This document shows, in pieces, positions 1 to 11,831 of a stretch of 22,697 bases of DNA. A model generated the notes under the pieces. The model was given only the letters and a program-made list of their open reading frames with translations, searched no databases and was not told the DNA's origin. Source of the DNA: Vezdaea acicularis (Eukaryota); contig JAPEUI010000079.1 of NCBI GenBank assembly GCA_026025075.1, positions 62,001-84,697 of the forward strand, given 5' to 3'. Position 1 is the first letter of the stretch. The number at the start of each line of letters is the position of its first letter. Position numbers and translations under genes: made by a program.

Positions 1-3000
1 TGGCGCGATCGGGCAGGGATCCTAGAGATCCTAAATTCATTCACTTTGGGAGCACAGTATCACAACACAGGATCCGATCAGTTGCCGGGTGCGGCGAGGT
101 GCTTCGCAGAACGCATTGGGCACGACTGCGTGGGGTTCACTCAGGGAGCATCTCACCAATATGCGCGTACTCGGGACGCGGTCTGTTTACACTTTTGTTT
201 GTACCAAGCTACCTCTAAGTGTCACTGCGGTTTGCAGGCTACGTAGACCGACGGCGTAAATTCCCCACGAAAATCTTTTTCTCCTTTGGAGGACGGGTTT
301 TGCGGCGGCGTTCCCCCCGTCTGATCCTTGTGGCCAGCCGGGCGAACTCACGATCCTGTTCGATGCGATGGGTATGCCGTCAGACGCGCCGCGTCAACCA
401 CGATTTTGAGGCCGTGTTTTAATCGGTGGCGACTTTTGGTGTAGATGAAACACATGGCTGATCTGTGTGCTTTTTTCGGGGAAGAGGGGGGGGGGCCGCC
501 GGCGGGGCGAGCAGCGATGGCCGCCGGGGCTGGCGGTGCTCACGGACCATGCAGCGTCACCGTTCACCTCGACAAAGGGAACACTTACGAAGGAGCAAGA
601 ATGCAATAGAAAGCTCCAGGCGGACATCGGCGGGCAGCGCGACATGGAGAACATCAGATTCTGTTGGGAGGTGGTGTGGTGGATAAAATTCAGCCTGGAG
701 GATACTTGCCCAGCTGATGGTCTGCGGCCCAGTCCACTATCGCGCCGACCGTGACGGGGTTCGCGACGCACAGCGTCTCAGCACCCTCTCCCTAAACGCC
801 GTCCTCGTCAGGCGTTCACTGCAAACATTTGCGTGACTGCGTCCCTACAACAACGACGGACCGCAGAGAGCACACCACCACCGCGTCCCTCTGGCTGAAG
901 AAAGACGCGCGTCTGTTTGTTGCAGGTGAAAAATTTCTGCGAGGCTGATTGGGGAATTGGAGGGAAGAGGACAAGGAGTTGTACAGTCGACGGTGGCCTG
1001 GGGCACCTCATGTCATCATTCTCAAGCCTCCGGCCTGCTCTTCCACGACCTTCTTCCTCTCCCTCAGCTACCTTCCGGCCTTGGCGGGGGCTTTCGCACG
1101 CCGGTTGGTGTTGAGTCACTCGGCCGCTGATTGGCCGTCAGCTGATTTTCTTTTGCTGGTTCATGTGAACGATGCTGGCGGGGTCAGCGGTCGAGGGTGT
1201 CTCTTGCTCTCGAGGAGCAGCAGACAGGCGCGACCGATCGTCTTTGCTCCGGAGTTCGAAGTAGAATTGCTCGGAGTAAGACGACGGTGCTGGGGCACGC
1301 TCGTTTGCGGCTGAAGCGTCTTGGTTGGGCCGAGTCGCGCTTCTCGCCAGTGTCGCTCGGCAACACCACCCCCATCGCAGTCACATCCCTCCAAAGTGAG
1401 GCGCAGATCACCATCAGGCCGCTGCGGGGAGCGGCTTGCAAGTCCAGCCGACGGGCTTGTCTGAACCCTTCACTCCCGATCGATAGCGGCGCGAGATCCG
1501 GCATCGCCGATCTTGTTGAAATAACTCCATGTTTATCGAATGGTCAACACGCTGTGCAGTATGAGGGAGGACTTTGTTGCTGGATCGCACCCAGGTCGCT
1601 TCGTCGCACGCTAGATCCTTTTCGGTAATACCGATACGAGCCCATGTTACCCAGAACGGTCTGGCATACAGCAGTTCATCCCCCGACACCAGCAATCATG
1701 GGCTGACCTTCAAGCCGATAGCAATGACGACACCTACTCACGCAGAGACAATATTGTGCTCCGGCTCGACAGTCCGCATCGAGGTGAGGCTTCTCCCAAG
1801 GCGCGAGTCCACAGCCTCAAGTCACGTGTCCGGCGTGCGTGAGCCACACCGGGCGGTGCGCCACAGGTGCACAACGGGTTTAGCGGCACTTCGCCTCCTC
1901 GCTGTCCCCAGCCAATCAACGTCGTCGCAGCGGGCGCTCCCTTGTTGGCGGGTGCGGGCTGTGCCCTTCACGCCGCAACCTCCACCCCCCCTTCATGCCC
2001 CCCCAGTCTTAGGCAGCTTTGTATCATGTATCGTTGATTCGTCGATGCGGCGGCCGCTACGGCTCCACTGCCCACGAGATGTGCTCATGCGGTGGGCAGC
2101 ACCCCTTTCGACAGGGTTGCCCATGATCCCTTGAGCGATTCCCTGTGGGTGTGATGCAGGGGAGACGTCCGCCGCGATGGGGCCTTTCCATGAACGCGTT
2201 CGCGGCCGGCGGACGGCCGCCGTGACCAGCTAACCGGGGCAATGATTTCGCCGACCAGGGTAAGGCCTGGGTGAGCCCTAAAGTAAACGGCGGTCCGGTT
2301 GCAGAAGGAGGGTGTGGTGGGTGGGACGCTCGCCCCATGGATAACGCGTCGCCGGTCCCGGCCTGCAGCATATCTGGCCGTGGCTCCCCTGCACTCTCCA
2401 TGCATTCACTCCGTCGCCTTTTTCTTTCTTCATTCTTCAACATCACTCGCAGCTCGACCGCCGCTCTCTGCTTGTGCTTCCGATCTCCACCTGTCATTGC
2501 GCTCAGTGGCTATGCTCGACCGCCCCCCACCTCATCCCTAGCCGCGCCTCTTACCCTGTCCCGGCTAGCCTTCTCCACTCTCACGCCGGCTCCCGTAGGC
2601 GGTGGCAGAAAAACAGCGGCCAATTGCACCACGGCCCCCCCCCCTCCGCTGCTCCAATTGCACGCCGGCAAGCAGTCAAGGCAGGCGTCCTGTTATAAAG
2701 CAGAGCAAGCCCCCGCGCATCTCCAGCTTTCCACACGAATCATTCTTCCCTGCCTCTCTTCAACGCCACTCGCTCTGGTCATACAAGCCTCCCTCAGCTA
2801 GAAGAGAGGTCCTCCCGCCAATAGACAAAAGCCCCGTCGTTCGTCCACACCACCTCGCGTTCAGGACAGTCACTCTTTGTTCTAAGAGTCAAACTTACGA
2901 TCTCGACGAAGAAACCTCAAACATCACTTTGATTATATGATCGCCACATGTCTCCCACCTGCGACTGGTTAAAGGTACTACTCCTCCATATACCACCGGA

Positions 3001-3209
3001 CCAGACCGCGTGACCACCGACGGACTCGCACCGACCCTTACACACCTCGCATCCCGCCTAGAGCTTTCCCTCCCTCCCAAGTCACCCTCACCAACCCATC
3101 GAAAAGAAACACCGGTTTAACAGAACATCATCGTCGTTGTCGACTTCCTCCCATCCTTTGGTATTCGACTGCCTCTGGGCAGTTCTCGTCACGCATTTAG
3201 CCCTCGAGC

Positions 3210-4964
3210 ATGTGCGTTACGGAAGTACTCACAGACGTCTATCCTAACGGACGCTATCACGAGCACGAGCAATTGAGGCTTTGTGCCGACGCCGTGATCA
3301 CACGAAGAACTTGCGTCGCCCCTCAGCTCATCTACCGAGAGCCTCGACAGATTCAATATCCAGGCGCTATGGCTGGCGGCGGACTGACCGACGCCGTCGT
3401 GGTGGCACCCCCGATGGATCTCGTCGAACGACGGCCATCGCAGAAGAAGAAGAAGGCGAAGGGCTGGGTACAGGGTACCGAGTTTGTCTTTGAGCTCAAC
3501 ATCCCTGGGTTCGGCCGCAGTCGCTCGAAGAGCAGGGAGCAGAAGGAAAGGGAGGCGGAAGAGCGAGAACGACGACGAGAAGAGAGAAGATGGCGGGATG
3601 CGCAGGAGAGAATCATCGTGGCCGAGGCCCCTGATTCTCCGATCATTCTCCCACAGGTCCCGATGCCCCCGCGTAACCCCATGGCCTTCCCGCCACAAGG
3701 ACCTCAGTTCCCCCAGCCGCAGTTTCCTCCGCAGCAATTCCAACAGCCGCAGTATCCCCCGCAGCAATACCCCCAGCCGCAGTATCCTGCGCAGCAGTAT
3801 CCCCAACAACCACAACAGTTCCCTCAACAACAAGTTCCTCCCCAGCGATTCCCCGAGCATCAATTTCCTCCCCAGCAGTTCCCTGAGCAACAATTTCCTC
3901 CCCAGCAATACCCTCAGGCCGCACAGAGGGCGCCACGACAAAATGCTCGACGACCGGCAGATCAAGAGCATCGTGTACCTCCTGCCCAAGGCAACCAACA
4001 GCATCATGTACCTCCCGCCCACGTCAACCAACAGCATCCCGTCCATGTCCACCAACCTCATCCGCCTCGGAACACCCCAAGGCCAGACCCCCTCGACGAG
4101 ATCGTCGCCGTCGAAGAGGGAAACGGAGACCGTCACCCACCTTCCCCCCACCGACGACCCCGCCGCCAAGCAGGCGACCCCTTCCTCAATCGGCAGATCC
4201 AAGCCGAACGCGAGCAAGCCCGCCGCGCCGAGCTTGAACGACAGCGAGCCGAAGCCGAACGCGAGCAAGCCCGTCGCATCGATCTTGAACGACAGCAAGC
4301 CGAAGCCGACCGCCAGCACGCCCACGACGAACGCCGCCACAACCAACGTCTCGCCCTCGAGCGCGCCAACAACGAGCGCCGACGCATCGAGGAAAACGAG
4401 CGCCGTCACGCCCGTGAAGAAGCCGAGCAGCACCGTCTCGCCCGCGAAGAAGACGAGCGCCGCCACGCCCGGCACGAACCCGAGCAACGCCGTCTCGCCC
4501 GTGAAGACGAGAATTGGCGGCAGATCCAGGAGCAAGCCGACCGCGGGCGCCTCCGCCGCGAGCGGGAGGAGGAACGCATCCAATTCGAGCTCCGCCGCAT
4601 GGAGCAGGAGAGGCTCGCCACGGCCGAGCGGGCCCAGCGCAACGCTCAGGCTGGTCACCCACGGCGCCATCATCCCGTCGTGCATCAGCAGCATCAGCGT
4701 CGCCGGGATGCCGATGAGGAGACGTGGACGAGTGGCGATGGGACGATCAGGGTTCAGCCGGAGTATGGCCTGGACGGAGAGTCGCTCGCGGAGAGGGGTG
4801 TGAGGGTCATTGATGATGCGAGGAGGGCGAATGATGGGCGTGGCGGGGGGATGATGCAGAGGCGGCGGACCGTTGGCGGGGGGGAGGCGCGACGGCCGCC
4901 GAGGTTCAGAGATGGGGGCCGAAGAGATGACGAAGGGCCTATGCGGGGCGCGCGGTATGTTTGA
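3210..4964 (+). CDS. Hypothetical low-complexity protein (584 aa): short Cys-containing N-terminus, P/Q-rich repeat block, long R/E-rich predicted helical region
   Basis: Long ATG-to-TGA ORF with GC-rich third positions, preceded by a pyrimidine-rich stretch. N-terminus MCVTEVLTDVYPNGR...C, PQQ(F/Y)P repeats, EREQARR-type repeats. The overlapping antisense and alternate-frame ORFs look like shadows. Confidence 0.75.
   Translation: MCVTEVLTDVYPNGRYHEHEQLRLCADAVITRRTCVAPQLIYREPRQIQYPGAMAGGGLTDAVVVAPPMDLVERRPSQKKKKAKGWVQGTEFVFELNIPGFGRSRSKSREQKEREAEERERRREERRWRDAQERIIVAEAPDSPIILPQVPMPPRNPMAFPPQGPQFPQPQFPPQQFQQPQYPPQQYPQPQYPAQQYPQQPQQFPQQQVPPQRFPEHQFPPQQFPEQQFPPQQYPQAAQRAPRQNARRPADQEHRVPPAQGNQQHHVPPAHVNQQHPVHVHQPHPPRNTPRPDPLDEIVAVEEGNGDRHPPSPHRRPRRQAGDPFLNRQIQAEREQARRAELERQRAEAEREQARRIDLERQQAEADRQHAHDERRHNQRLALERANNERRRIEENERRHAREEAEQHRLAREEDERRHARHEPEQRRLAREDENWRQIQEQADRGRLRREREEERIQFELRRMEQERLATAERAQRNAQAGHPRRHHPVVHQQHQRRRDADEETWTSGDGTIRVQPEYGLDGESLAERGVRVIDDARRANDGRGGGMMQRRRTVGGGEARRPPRFRDGGRRDDEGPMRGARYV
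3690..3916 (+). repeat. Coding tandem repeat of ~15-bp units encoding PQQFP/PQQYP/PQPQY pentapeptides
   Basis: Repeated ccccagc..cag(tt/ta)(c/t)cc units in frame with the 3210-4964 ORF. Boundaries are approximate. Confidence 0.8.
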
Positions 4965-5233
4965 CATTGAAAGGAGGGTTTGTGTGGGATAGACGGTTGG
5001 ATGGCGTTGGATACCCGGTCTCTGCGGTTTTTTTGTTGGTCGTTTGTTTGTAGATCTCCTCCCCTTTTTCCCTTTGTTCTCTCTCCTTCATCACTCAAAG
5101 GCCGCTTCCATAGAATGATACCCCCCCCGGCGCTAGTCTTAGACGGACTTGCTTTTGCAGCATACGGAAAATGTATAGATTCCTGTTTACTCACTTTTCT
5201 TCTCACACCGCCATTCTTCCACTTTTTGCCATC

Positions 5234-6079
5234 TCAGCCGCCTCCTGCGAACCAGATCCCACCCTCAAAGTCCCCCCTCGCTCTTCCCCCCTTCCTCCCC
5301 TCCCCCCCCTTACACCCCACCATCCCACATCCTCTCCCCACCCTCCCTCCGAACCTAATTATCTTCCCCACCCCTCCCTCCCACCCATCCCGCCCCTCCC
5401 GTCCCCTTTTCCTCCTCCCTCTCATCCCAGCATTACCAGCATGCAGGAACATATTTTCTTCTTCTGCATCAATCTCCATTCCCATCCCACCTTTCTCGGT
5501 TTCTTCGGCGAAAGCGGCCGCGCGTCCACGAGTGCTGGAGAGCTGGTAGGAGGGAGGTGGAGTGAGGGGACAGGAACACATGTTTTCGCAGACGAGGAGG
5601 AGGGGGGTGCCGCCGAGGCGCCAGGGGGGGGGAAGGGTGCATTTGACTCTTCCCCCCGTCCTTTCCCTCATGCTTCTGCTTGGCGTCCCTGGTCTCGTCC
5701 CTGGCCTCGTCCCTACCATCTCCCCCTCCCCATCAGAGACGTCGGGGATGCAATGACACCCCAGCCCCAAGCCCAACCCCACCCCTTTCCCTCCCGGAGC
5801 AAACAGCCGAGACCCCAACCCCAACCCCATCTCCTCCCCCCACGGAAACGGAGGAGACAAACACAGCTGCTCGAGCGAGGAATAAGCGGTCCAGGGCGCG
5901 CGGGAGAGGGAGAGGGCGTGGTGGGGCCAGGGGATTGAGGGGGGAGGGGGGAGGGAGGGGCAGCTTGGTTTTGTGGGATGCGTTTGTTGAGTAGTGGTGG
6001 TGGTGCTTGTTTGGGATGTGAGGGGGGGGAGGAAGGTGAGCAGGATGAGAGAGAGAAGGGGGGGGAGGGGAGAGTGCAT
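5234..6079 (-). CDS. Putative secreted protein (281 aa) with signal peptide, Thr-rich linker and spaced cysteines
   Basis: ATG at 6079. Hydrophobic N-terminus MHSPLPPLLSLILLTFLPPLTS, then TSTTTTT and Cys motifs (LEQLC, GCHC, VKC, CENMCSC). The region is low complexity (G/C runs), so the ORF could be partly fortuitous. Confidence 0.5.
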   Translation of the reverse strand: MHSPLPPLLSLILLTFLPPLTSQTSTTTTTQQTHPTKPSCPSLPPPPSIPWPHHALSLSRAPWTAYSSLEQLCLSPPFPWGEEMGLGLGSRLFAPGGKGVGLGLGLGCHCIPDVSDGEGEMVGTRPGTRPGTPSRSMRERTGGRVKCTLPPPWRLGGTPLLLVCENMCSCPLTPPPSYQLSSTRGRAAAFAEETEKGGMGMEIDAEEENMFLHAGNAGMRGRRKRGREGRDGWEGGVGKIIRFGGRVGRGCGMVGCKGGEGRKGGRARGDFEGGIWFAGGG

Positions 6080-6633
6080 TGTTGGATGGTGAGATGGTGA
6101 TGGGCTGGACGCGGTATCAGTACCCTCACCGCCGTTGTTCTTCGGGGGATTCTCCGGGGAACAGGGGGGAGGAGGAGGGGATTGATATACTCCTCCCCCC
6201 CCCGCAGCGCCAAGTCAAGCGTTCCTCCGCACGGGAGCTTCGCTCCAGCTACTGCGCACGTACAAGCAGGGAGCAGGGAGTGGTCCGTGAGAGGCACATC
6301 GATCCATGGCGCAGGAACGACTTACACCACGGGCATGACCACGTGCACGTGAGAGGGCTGGCTAGAGGGGTTTTTTTTCGCTCTTGGGGCGAGGTACGGA
6401 AGGATTGGGAGAGGCACGGGAGAAGCGGGAGAGAGCTATCAGATTTTTGAGTTGGTGGTGGTGGTGGTGGCGGGGAGGAAATGCCGCGGCTTGGTGGTTT
6501 TAGATGCTACTTGGAGAAACAAAAAAGACGCCCGGACGCTGCGCCAGAGATCCGCCAAATATCGCCGGGAACGCCCCCTTCCTGCTACGTATTCTAGTCG
6601 TTTGCTAACACTTCGGGCAATAGAGAAATGCTC

Positions 6634-7787
6634 TCAGTCGGAGTCGCGGAGGATGGCGGCGCTGCGAGGGCTATGAAGCGCCTGGCGTTGCAGGATCGTG
6701 AGGGTTGGGCCAGTCCGCGTGACGAGGTTCAGTCCCGGGATTGCCAGAATGACGCCTCGAGCCGATTGAGCCACGGCAGGTGGTGCAGGCACCGCAGCTT
6801 CCTCCTGAGCGACGACCTTCCTTTTCTTTGCTTTCTTGGGATATCTCCACACATTCGTTCTCTTCGGAACGCACGAGTCCAGTGGGGGCGACTGAACATT
6901 GTGGTCGTGGTAGTGGTAGCACGTATTAATCTCCCACGGCGGCCTTGCATCTTCCTTGTCCAGGTCCACCCTCTTGCAGTTGGCAGCCTCGATGGCCTTG
7001 AGGATTGCAGGCGGCACGTCAAAGTTCTCCGAGTACTCCAAAATGTCCCTCCCTGTCGGCTTCGAGCCAAAAGTCCACACGTACATGTCCACCACCAACC
7101 GCCTGAAGTTGGACCTCTCAAGTGTATTCTCAACGATGTGGTCCAAGGCGGCTTTCGATATGAACTTTTGGTGCCCCGCTTTCCATACCCACTCATCGAT
7201 GATCTCGTTTCTCAGCTGAGTGATGTCGAATCTGTCTGCAATCACGAAAAGGCGGGCGAGCTCCTCCCACTCAAAGTCCCTTTTCAACTGGCCAATCTTG
7301 ACTCTTTTGGCAAGCCAGTGCGTGAGAATGCTAAAGGTTGCGGTGTCGACATCTGGTAGATAGATGGGATCGTCTTCGGAGAGGCCTTCCCATCTGTTTT
7401 GGGTCACAGCCACAAAGTATGGAGACCAGCTACAAAGAAGGAGCTTCGAATATCGAAAGAGAGTCTCCTCGAGCCCAACCTTGAGGAAGAGAAAGACGTC
7501 GCCTGGCTGCCTGTAAAACGTAAGTCAGACCGAAGCCCTCAAAAATGATAGACAGAGGGGGCCTACAAAAGTCGCGTTCCAGCACTGTCGCTTTCGAAGC
7601 CTGGGACGTCGCCGTACGTGCAGGTCAGCAGAGGCAATGTGTTCCCCTTCTGAGGACGTAGTTCCATCCTTCGCGAGCGGAGGGGTCGTAAGCGGCGGGG
7701 TCGTGGTTTAAATCCAATCTCATCCAGTCTCATCCTCCTGGCGAGCCAGTGAAGTTTCGAGCGAAAGTATGTCTTGCAGCGCCCCAT
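6634..7787 (-). CDS. BTB/POZ-domain protein, two exons (7787-7567, 7510-6634), about 365 aa; start codon uncertain
   Basis: Intron 7566-7511 (GTAGGC...CTGAC...CAG) joins ORF 7563-7787 in frame with ORF 6634-7413. Fungal BTB motifs: KVG..ETLF..SKLLLCSWSPYF, IYLPDVDTATFSILTHWL, LARLFVIADRFDITQLRNEIID, and C-terminal CHYHDH. Confidence 0.8.
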
Positions 7788-8363
7788 CGAGTCCAGCTAG
7801 CATTTACGACGAGGAGCTAGAGCAGTTGACTCAAGGCTGCCTACCATTGGTAGAGTCTGTGGGTACTAGCTGTGTTCCTCGTGGTAGGTGTTGCAAATGC
7901 AACGTGTACTCCACCATCGTTGAGAGATGCCGCCGCCATCTTTCAAAATTCCTTGAACGATGGACATCGGGATTACGCAGGTGGCAGTGCAGACTCATGA
8001 TGGGATCACGATTGTCACATTCAGCGGCCAGAGATGAAAATACTGTTCGTGTTTTGAACGGAGAACTACGCGAGTTTTTGGGTGTGTCGGCGCAAAGGCA
8101 TCCGTTTCTTGAGGTTTTCGTGATGCTGCTTTTTCGAAGAGGTTGGACGGTCATCACCATCTGGCGCGAAAACGCTCGGAGTTCGCTTACAGCTACCCAA
8201 TCACAACGAGGAAGCCGGAAACCGAAAACCGCCAACTGTCCACCATCTCCTTCAACTATCCCCGTCAATCTTTGCTCGCCCCAGTGATAACCCCCGCTTG
8301 ATATAGACGCTTACTGTAGTAGCTGATACGTTGCAGAAGATGCCCGACATGCCTTCACGGATG

Positions 8364-8373
8364 TATATATATA
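8364..8373 (+). promoter_or_regulatory. TATA-like (TA)5 box upstream of the captain
   Basis: tatatatata about 140 bp upstream of the ATG at 8511. Confidence 0.3.
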
Positions 8374-8510
8374 GGTGCGTCAAACCACACACTCTTCTTG
8401 ATATCGCGGACAACATACTTCATGCTGTGTCTCTAATTGCACCCCACCAATTTCACCAGTCGTTATATTCCTAGATCACCCTATATCCTGCACCATTGAG
8501 GAGTTCACCC

Positions 8511-10799
8511 ATGACTGCTACAAGACGTCAACTGGTACCAAAGCCTGCGGGATATTGGAAGAATCGGAGCAAGGAGCTTGTTGGACATCAGGCAAAGGGC
8601 AAAGATCATGCAGATCCCACGAAAAAGCAGATTGAACGGACAAAACAACTCTGGGATCGGTCCGTACACTTCCATTTCCGTCCTTTCATTCGCTTGATCG
8701 ACAACACATACTAACAGGTTTTAGATTTTGCTCGGAGATCGAAGAAGAATCAGACGAGCATCTTAAGACTGCTGGGGCCGAAGATTTCAAAACGTTTTTA
8801 GAATGGGTGATGGATGGAAATATCAAAATCACAGCTGAGGGAACAATACTGGGATGCTGGAATTTACTTCTCATGGCCTATACTAAGCTTACCAGTGGCG
8901 AGATCGTCGCTCGTCCAGTAACCCAAGAGATCAGAAAAGTAAAGTTTTCTCTTGGAGAAATCTATTAATTACAAAAATCTCTACTGACACGCGAACAAGT
9001 TCATCCATAACGATATCGTTGAGAGATACGGGCTGAGTACGGTTCGTCAACGGCCTCTCGATGTCCTAAGCTCGTTAGATCTCTTTAAACTACTTCATTA
9101 TCATTGGTGTTTTGATGATAACGTTTTTCTTCACGAACGGTATCGGATACAACAGCCATTGATCACGCAGCTTCTTGTATATGCCGTTGGTCGACCTGGT
9201 GCCATTGTTGAATCTAGTAGCTATAGAGGCACAAATGAGGTTATCAAGTATAAGGTAGCCATCAGCTGTGTATCACCAAACATGAGCTGGATTGCTGACA
9301 CATTTCTCAGGATATACAATTATCGTTACTCAAAAACTCAGCTGGCGAACGGGATGTTCTCGTTTTGGAGATGACTTTTTGGTTGCTCAAAGGAAGGCGA
9401 GGAGAGAGCAGACGGACAGAACCGTAAGTTTATCTGCTTTGACATTCTCAAGAACGCCCCTTCCTCAGTACTTACCAAACAGCCAGAGTCAAATTCGTCT
9501 TTCATGAAAGAGATGATCATCTTGCGTTCTGCCCCATCCTGCTCTTTCTGGCGCTAGCATTTGCGGATGAAGCTTTTGAAGATGTAAGCTCTCCAGAAGC
9601 GCTTAACAGAATCAGAGTTCCGCCCTGTCGTGAAGCTATCCAGTTCCGTTGGAAAAACAGCATGTTGAATATTCCAATATTTCGCCAGACCGAATCGACA
9701 GTCAACGGCCCACGTATATCACCTACACGAGCTCTTCCTGCGTCGGACTATGCGGCTTACTTGGGAAAATTGAGTCTCTCAGCCGGACTTGAAAGAAAAG
9801 TAACACCTTATTGCCTTCGACGAGGAGGGGCGAATGCAATTGAACGTAAGTGTGTCAAGTCTTCCTACCAATGCTAGCACTAATTATTGTACTCTAGCTG
9901 TGGCAACCACCGCTCAGAGAAACCAGATCATGGGGCATGCACGTGCAGATGTATTCAAACACTATATATCGCAAACAGTTGCGGTCGACACACAATCGGC
10001 TTATCTTGGGACACCGGCAAGGAAGGATCTCATGCAAGCTGTTGGGCATATGAGCGCGACTAGGGATCCAAGAGTACCAAAGAAACTGACCGATGATCAA
10101 AAAGCAGAAATCGCCCGCGATGTTTCTCTTTCAAAACTGCGTAAGATTCGTGATGAGCTGTCTGGACAACTTCGATTACAATCTGGAAAGATAAAACTCG
10201 GAAAAGGTACATCTCTGTACCAAGAATATCAGAACGCCCACAAGGATTATCGCAGTCGTCGCATGGTATTGGCAAGGGAGAAACTTGTTAAAAGTAGGGA
10301 GACGTTCTTTGCAAATATTAACGGGCTAGAAATTCGACAACAACTGGCAGGATTGCCTCAATATCGAGAACCAGATCCGCTAACTGAGATCTCATATCAT
10401 TTCCTGGAGAGGGCAAAAGTTGTGAAGGCTTTTTATGGGGATGAAGATGCTCAAAGCGTTCGTTGGTCTGTGATCGAAGATCTAGCCAAGCTTTGTCTTT
10501 TCCAAGAACGCCGTCGCCAAGGCGATAACCGCCCCCACTATAATTTCTTGGAACTGACAGTTGAGTGTTCCCACACACAATGCATTTTCTGCATAGGAAA
10601 CTCCAATATGTCGATTGCAGACCGCTATCAAAATTTCACAAGAGGTTCGAGCCTTCGAAGGCACGTTCAAAACATTCATCTGAGGTATCATGACGCAGCA
10701 AAGCCGATTTCATGCCCTCATCCTTGTTGTGCTATCACATTGGAGAATCTTGTTCACTTCAAAAACCATGTTGCAAAAGTTCATGGCGTTTTTCTATGA
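8511..10799 (+). CDS. DUF3435 tyrosine recombinase (Starship captain) with C-terminal C2H2-type zinc fingers, 663 aa, six exons
   Basis: Exons 8511-8659, 8725-8938, 9000-9254, 9311-9423, 9487-9845 and 9898-10799 total 1992 nt and stay in frame across five GT-AG introns. Motifs: WDRFC, HERYRIQ, GRPGAIVES, YRGTNEVIKYKD, LLKGRR, FCPILLFLALAFADEAF, PYCLRRGGAN, RNQIMGHARADVFKHYIS, then CIFC...RRHVQNIH and CPHPCC...KNHVAKVH. Confidence 0.93.
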
Positions 10800-11140
10800 T
10801 TAAACTTGGGTTCTCCGCTTGTTGTTTATCGTTGTTATCTAAATTGATTTACGGGCAAGTGAATAGGATAGACAAATTTTCGCCCGAAATGAATACCATG
10901 GGCAAATTTTCGCAAAAATGAATTCTATAGACATATCACTCAGTTATTGTCTCGTATCTACCCTTCCTATGATGATGATTTGGCCAACAGTCGGCTCGCG
11001 GTCGCTTTATCGGGGCGAGCTTGTTGCCAGAAGAGCCTATTTTGAGATGATGCTTCGTCGACAGCCGCTGCTGAAGTCCTGGGCTAGACGTCTTTTCACA
11101 GCAAGTGCGTTCTCATCACCATCCTTGTCATCGCGAGCAT

Positions 11141-11831
11141 GCTTTCTTGTTGACGACGGCTGTGACGACAACGACGACTTGTCTTTGACGGCGGCGGCTG
11201 TCTTGACGACGACGACTTGTCTTGACGACGACGGCTGTCTTGACGACGACGGCTTTCTTTTGACGACAACGGCTGTGACGATGACGACGACTTGTCTTGA
11301 CGACGGCTGCTGTCTTGACGACGACGGCTTTCTTTGACGACGACGGCTGTGACGACGACGACGACGACGACTTGTCTTGACGACGGCGGCTGTCTTGACG
11401 ACGACGGCTTTCTTTGACGACAACGGCTGACGACGACGACGACTTGTCTTGACGACGGCTGCTGTCTTGACGACGACGGCTTTCTTTGACGACGACGGCT
11501 GTCTTGACGACGGCGGCTGTCTTGACGACGACGGCTTTCTTTGACGACAACGTCTGTGACGACGACGACGACGACTTGTCTTGACGACGGTGGCTGTCTT
11601 GACGACGACGACTTCCTTTTGACGACAACGGCTGTGACGACGACGACGGCGGCTGTCTTGACGACGGCGGCTGTCTTGACGACGGCGGCTGTCTTGACGA
11701 CGGCGGCTGTCTTGACGACGACGGCTGTCTTGACGACGACGGCTTTCTTTTGACGACAACGGCTGTGACGACGACGACGACTTGTCTTGACGACGACGAC
11801 TTGTCTTGACGACGACGGCTGTCTTGACGAC
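11141..11831. repeat. Hierarchical minisatellite of roughly 35 subunits (16-27 bp) built on TGACGAC/(GAC)n
   Basis: Four subunit types: GGCTGT(GAC)n, TTGTCTTGACGACGGC, GGCTGTCTTGACGACGAC and GGCTTTCTTTGACGACAAC. They recur in a ~75-bp higher-order order, with the GGCTTTCTTT-type unit appearing about 7 times. Confidence 0.95.

Noticed and set aside
1..3180. Many overlapping 60-190 aa ORFs on both strands
   Set aside because: No recognisable domain or consistent splice model. Such ORFs are expected in GC-rich DNA. A degenerate gene cannot be excluded.
3189..4967. 592-aa antisense ORF and 439-aa alternate-frame ORF
   Set aside because: Shadows of the repetitive, GC3-biased 3210-4964 gene.
7769..8287. 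ORFs of 172 aa (+) and 145 aa (-) between the BTB gene and the captain
   Set aside because: No recognisable motifs. Probably promoter or UTR sequence.
8311..8322. Exact TTAC-N7-A Hephaestus-type target site
   Set aside because: The base after N7 is G here and T in reconstructed junctions, so the consensus is not met.
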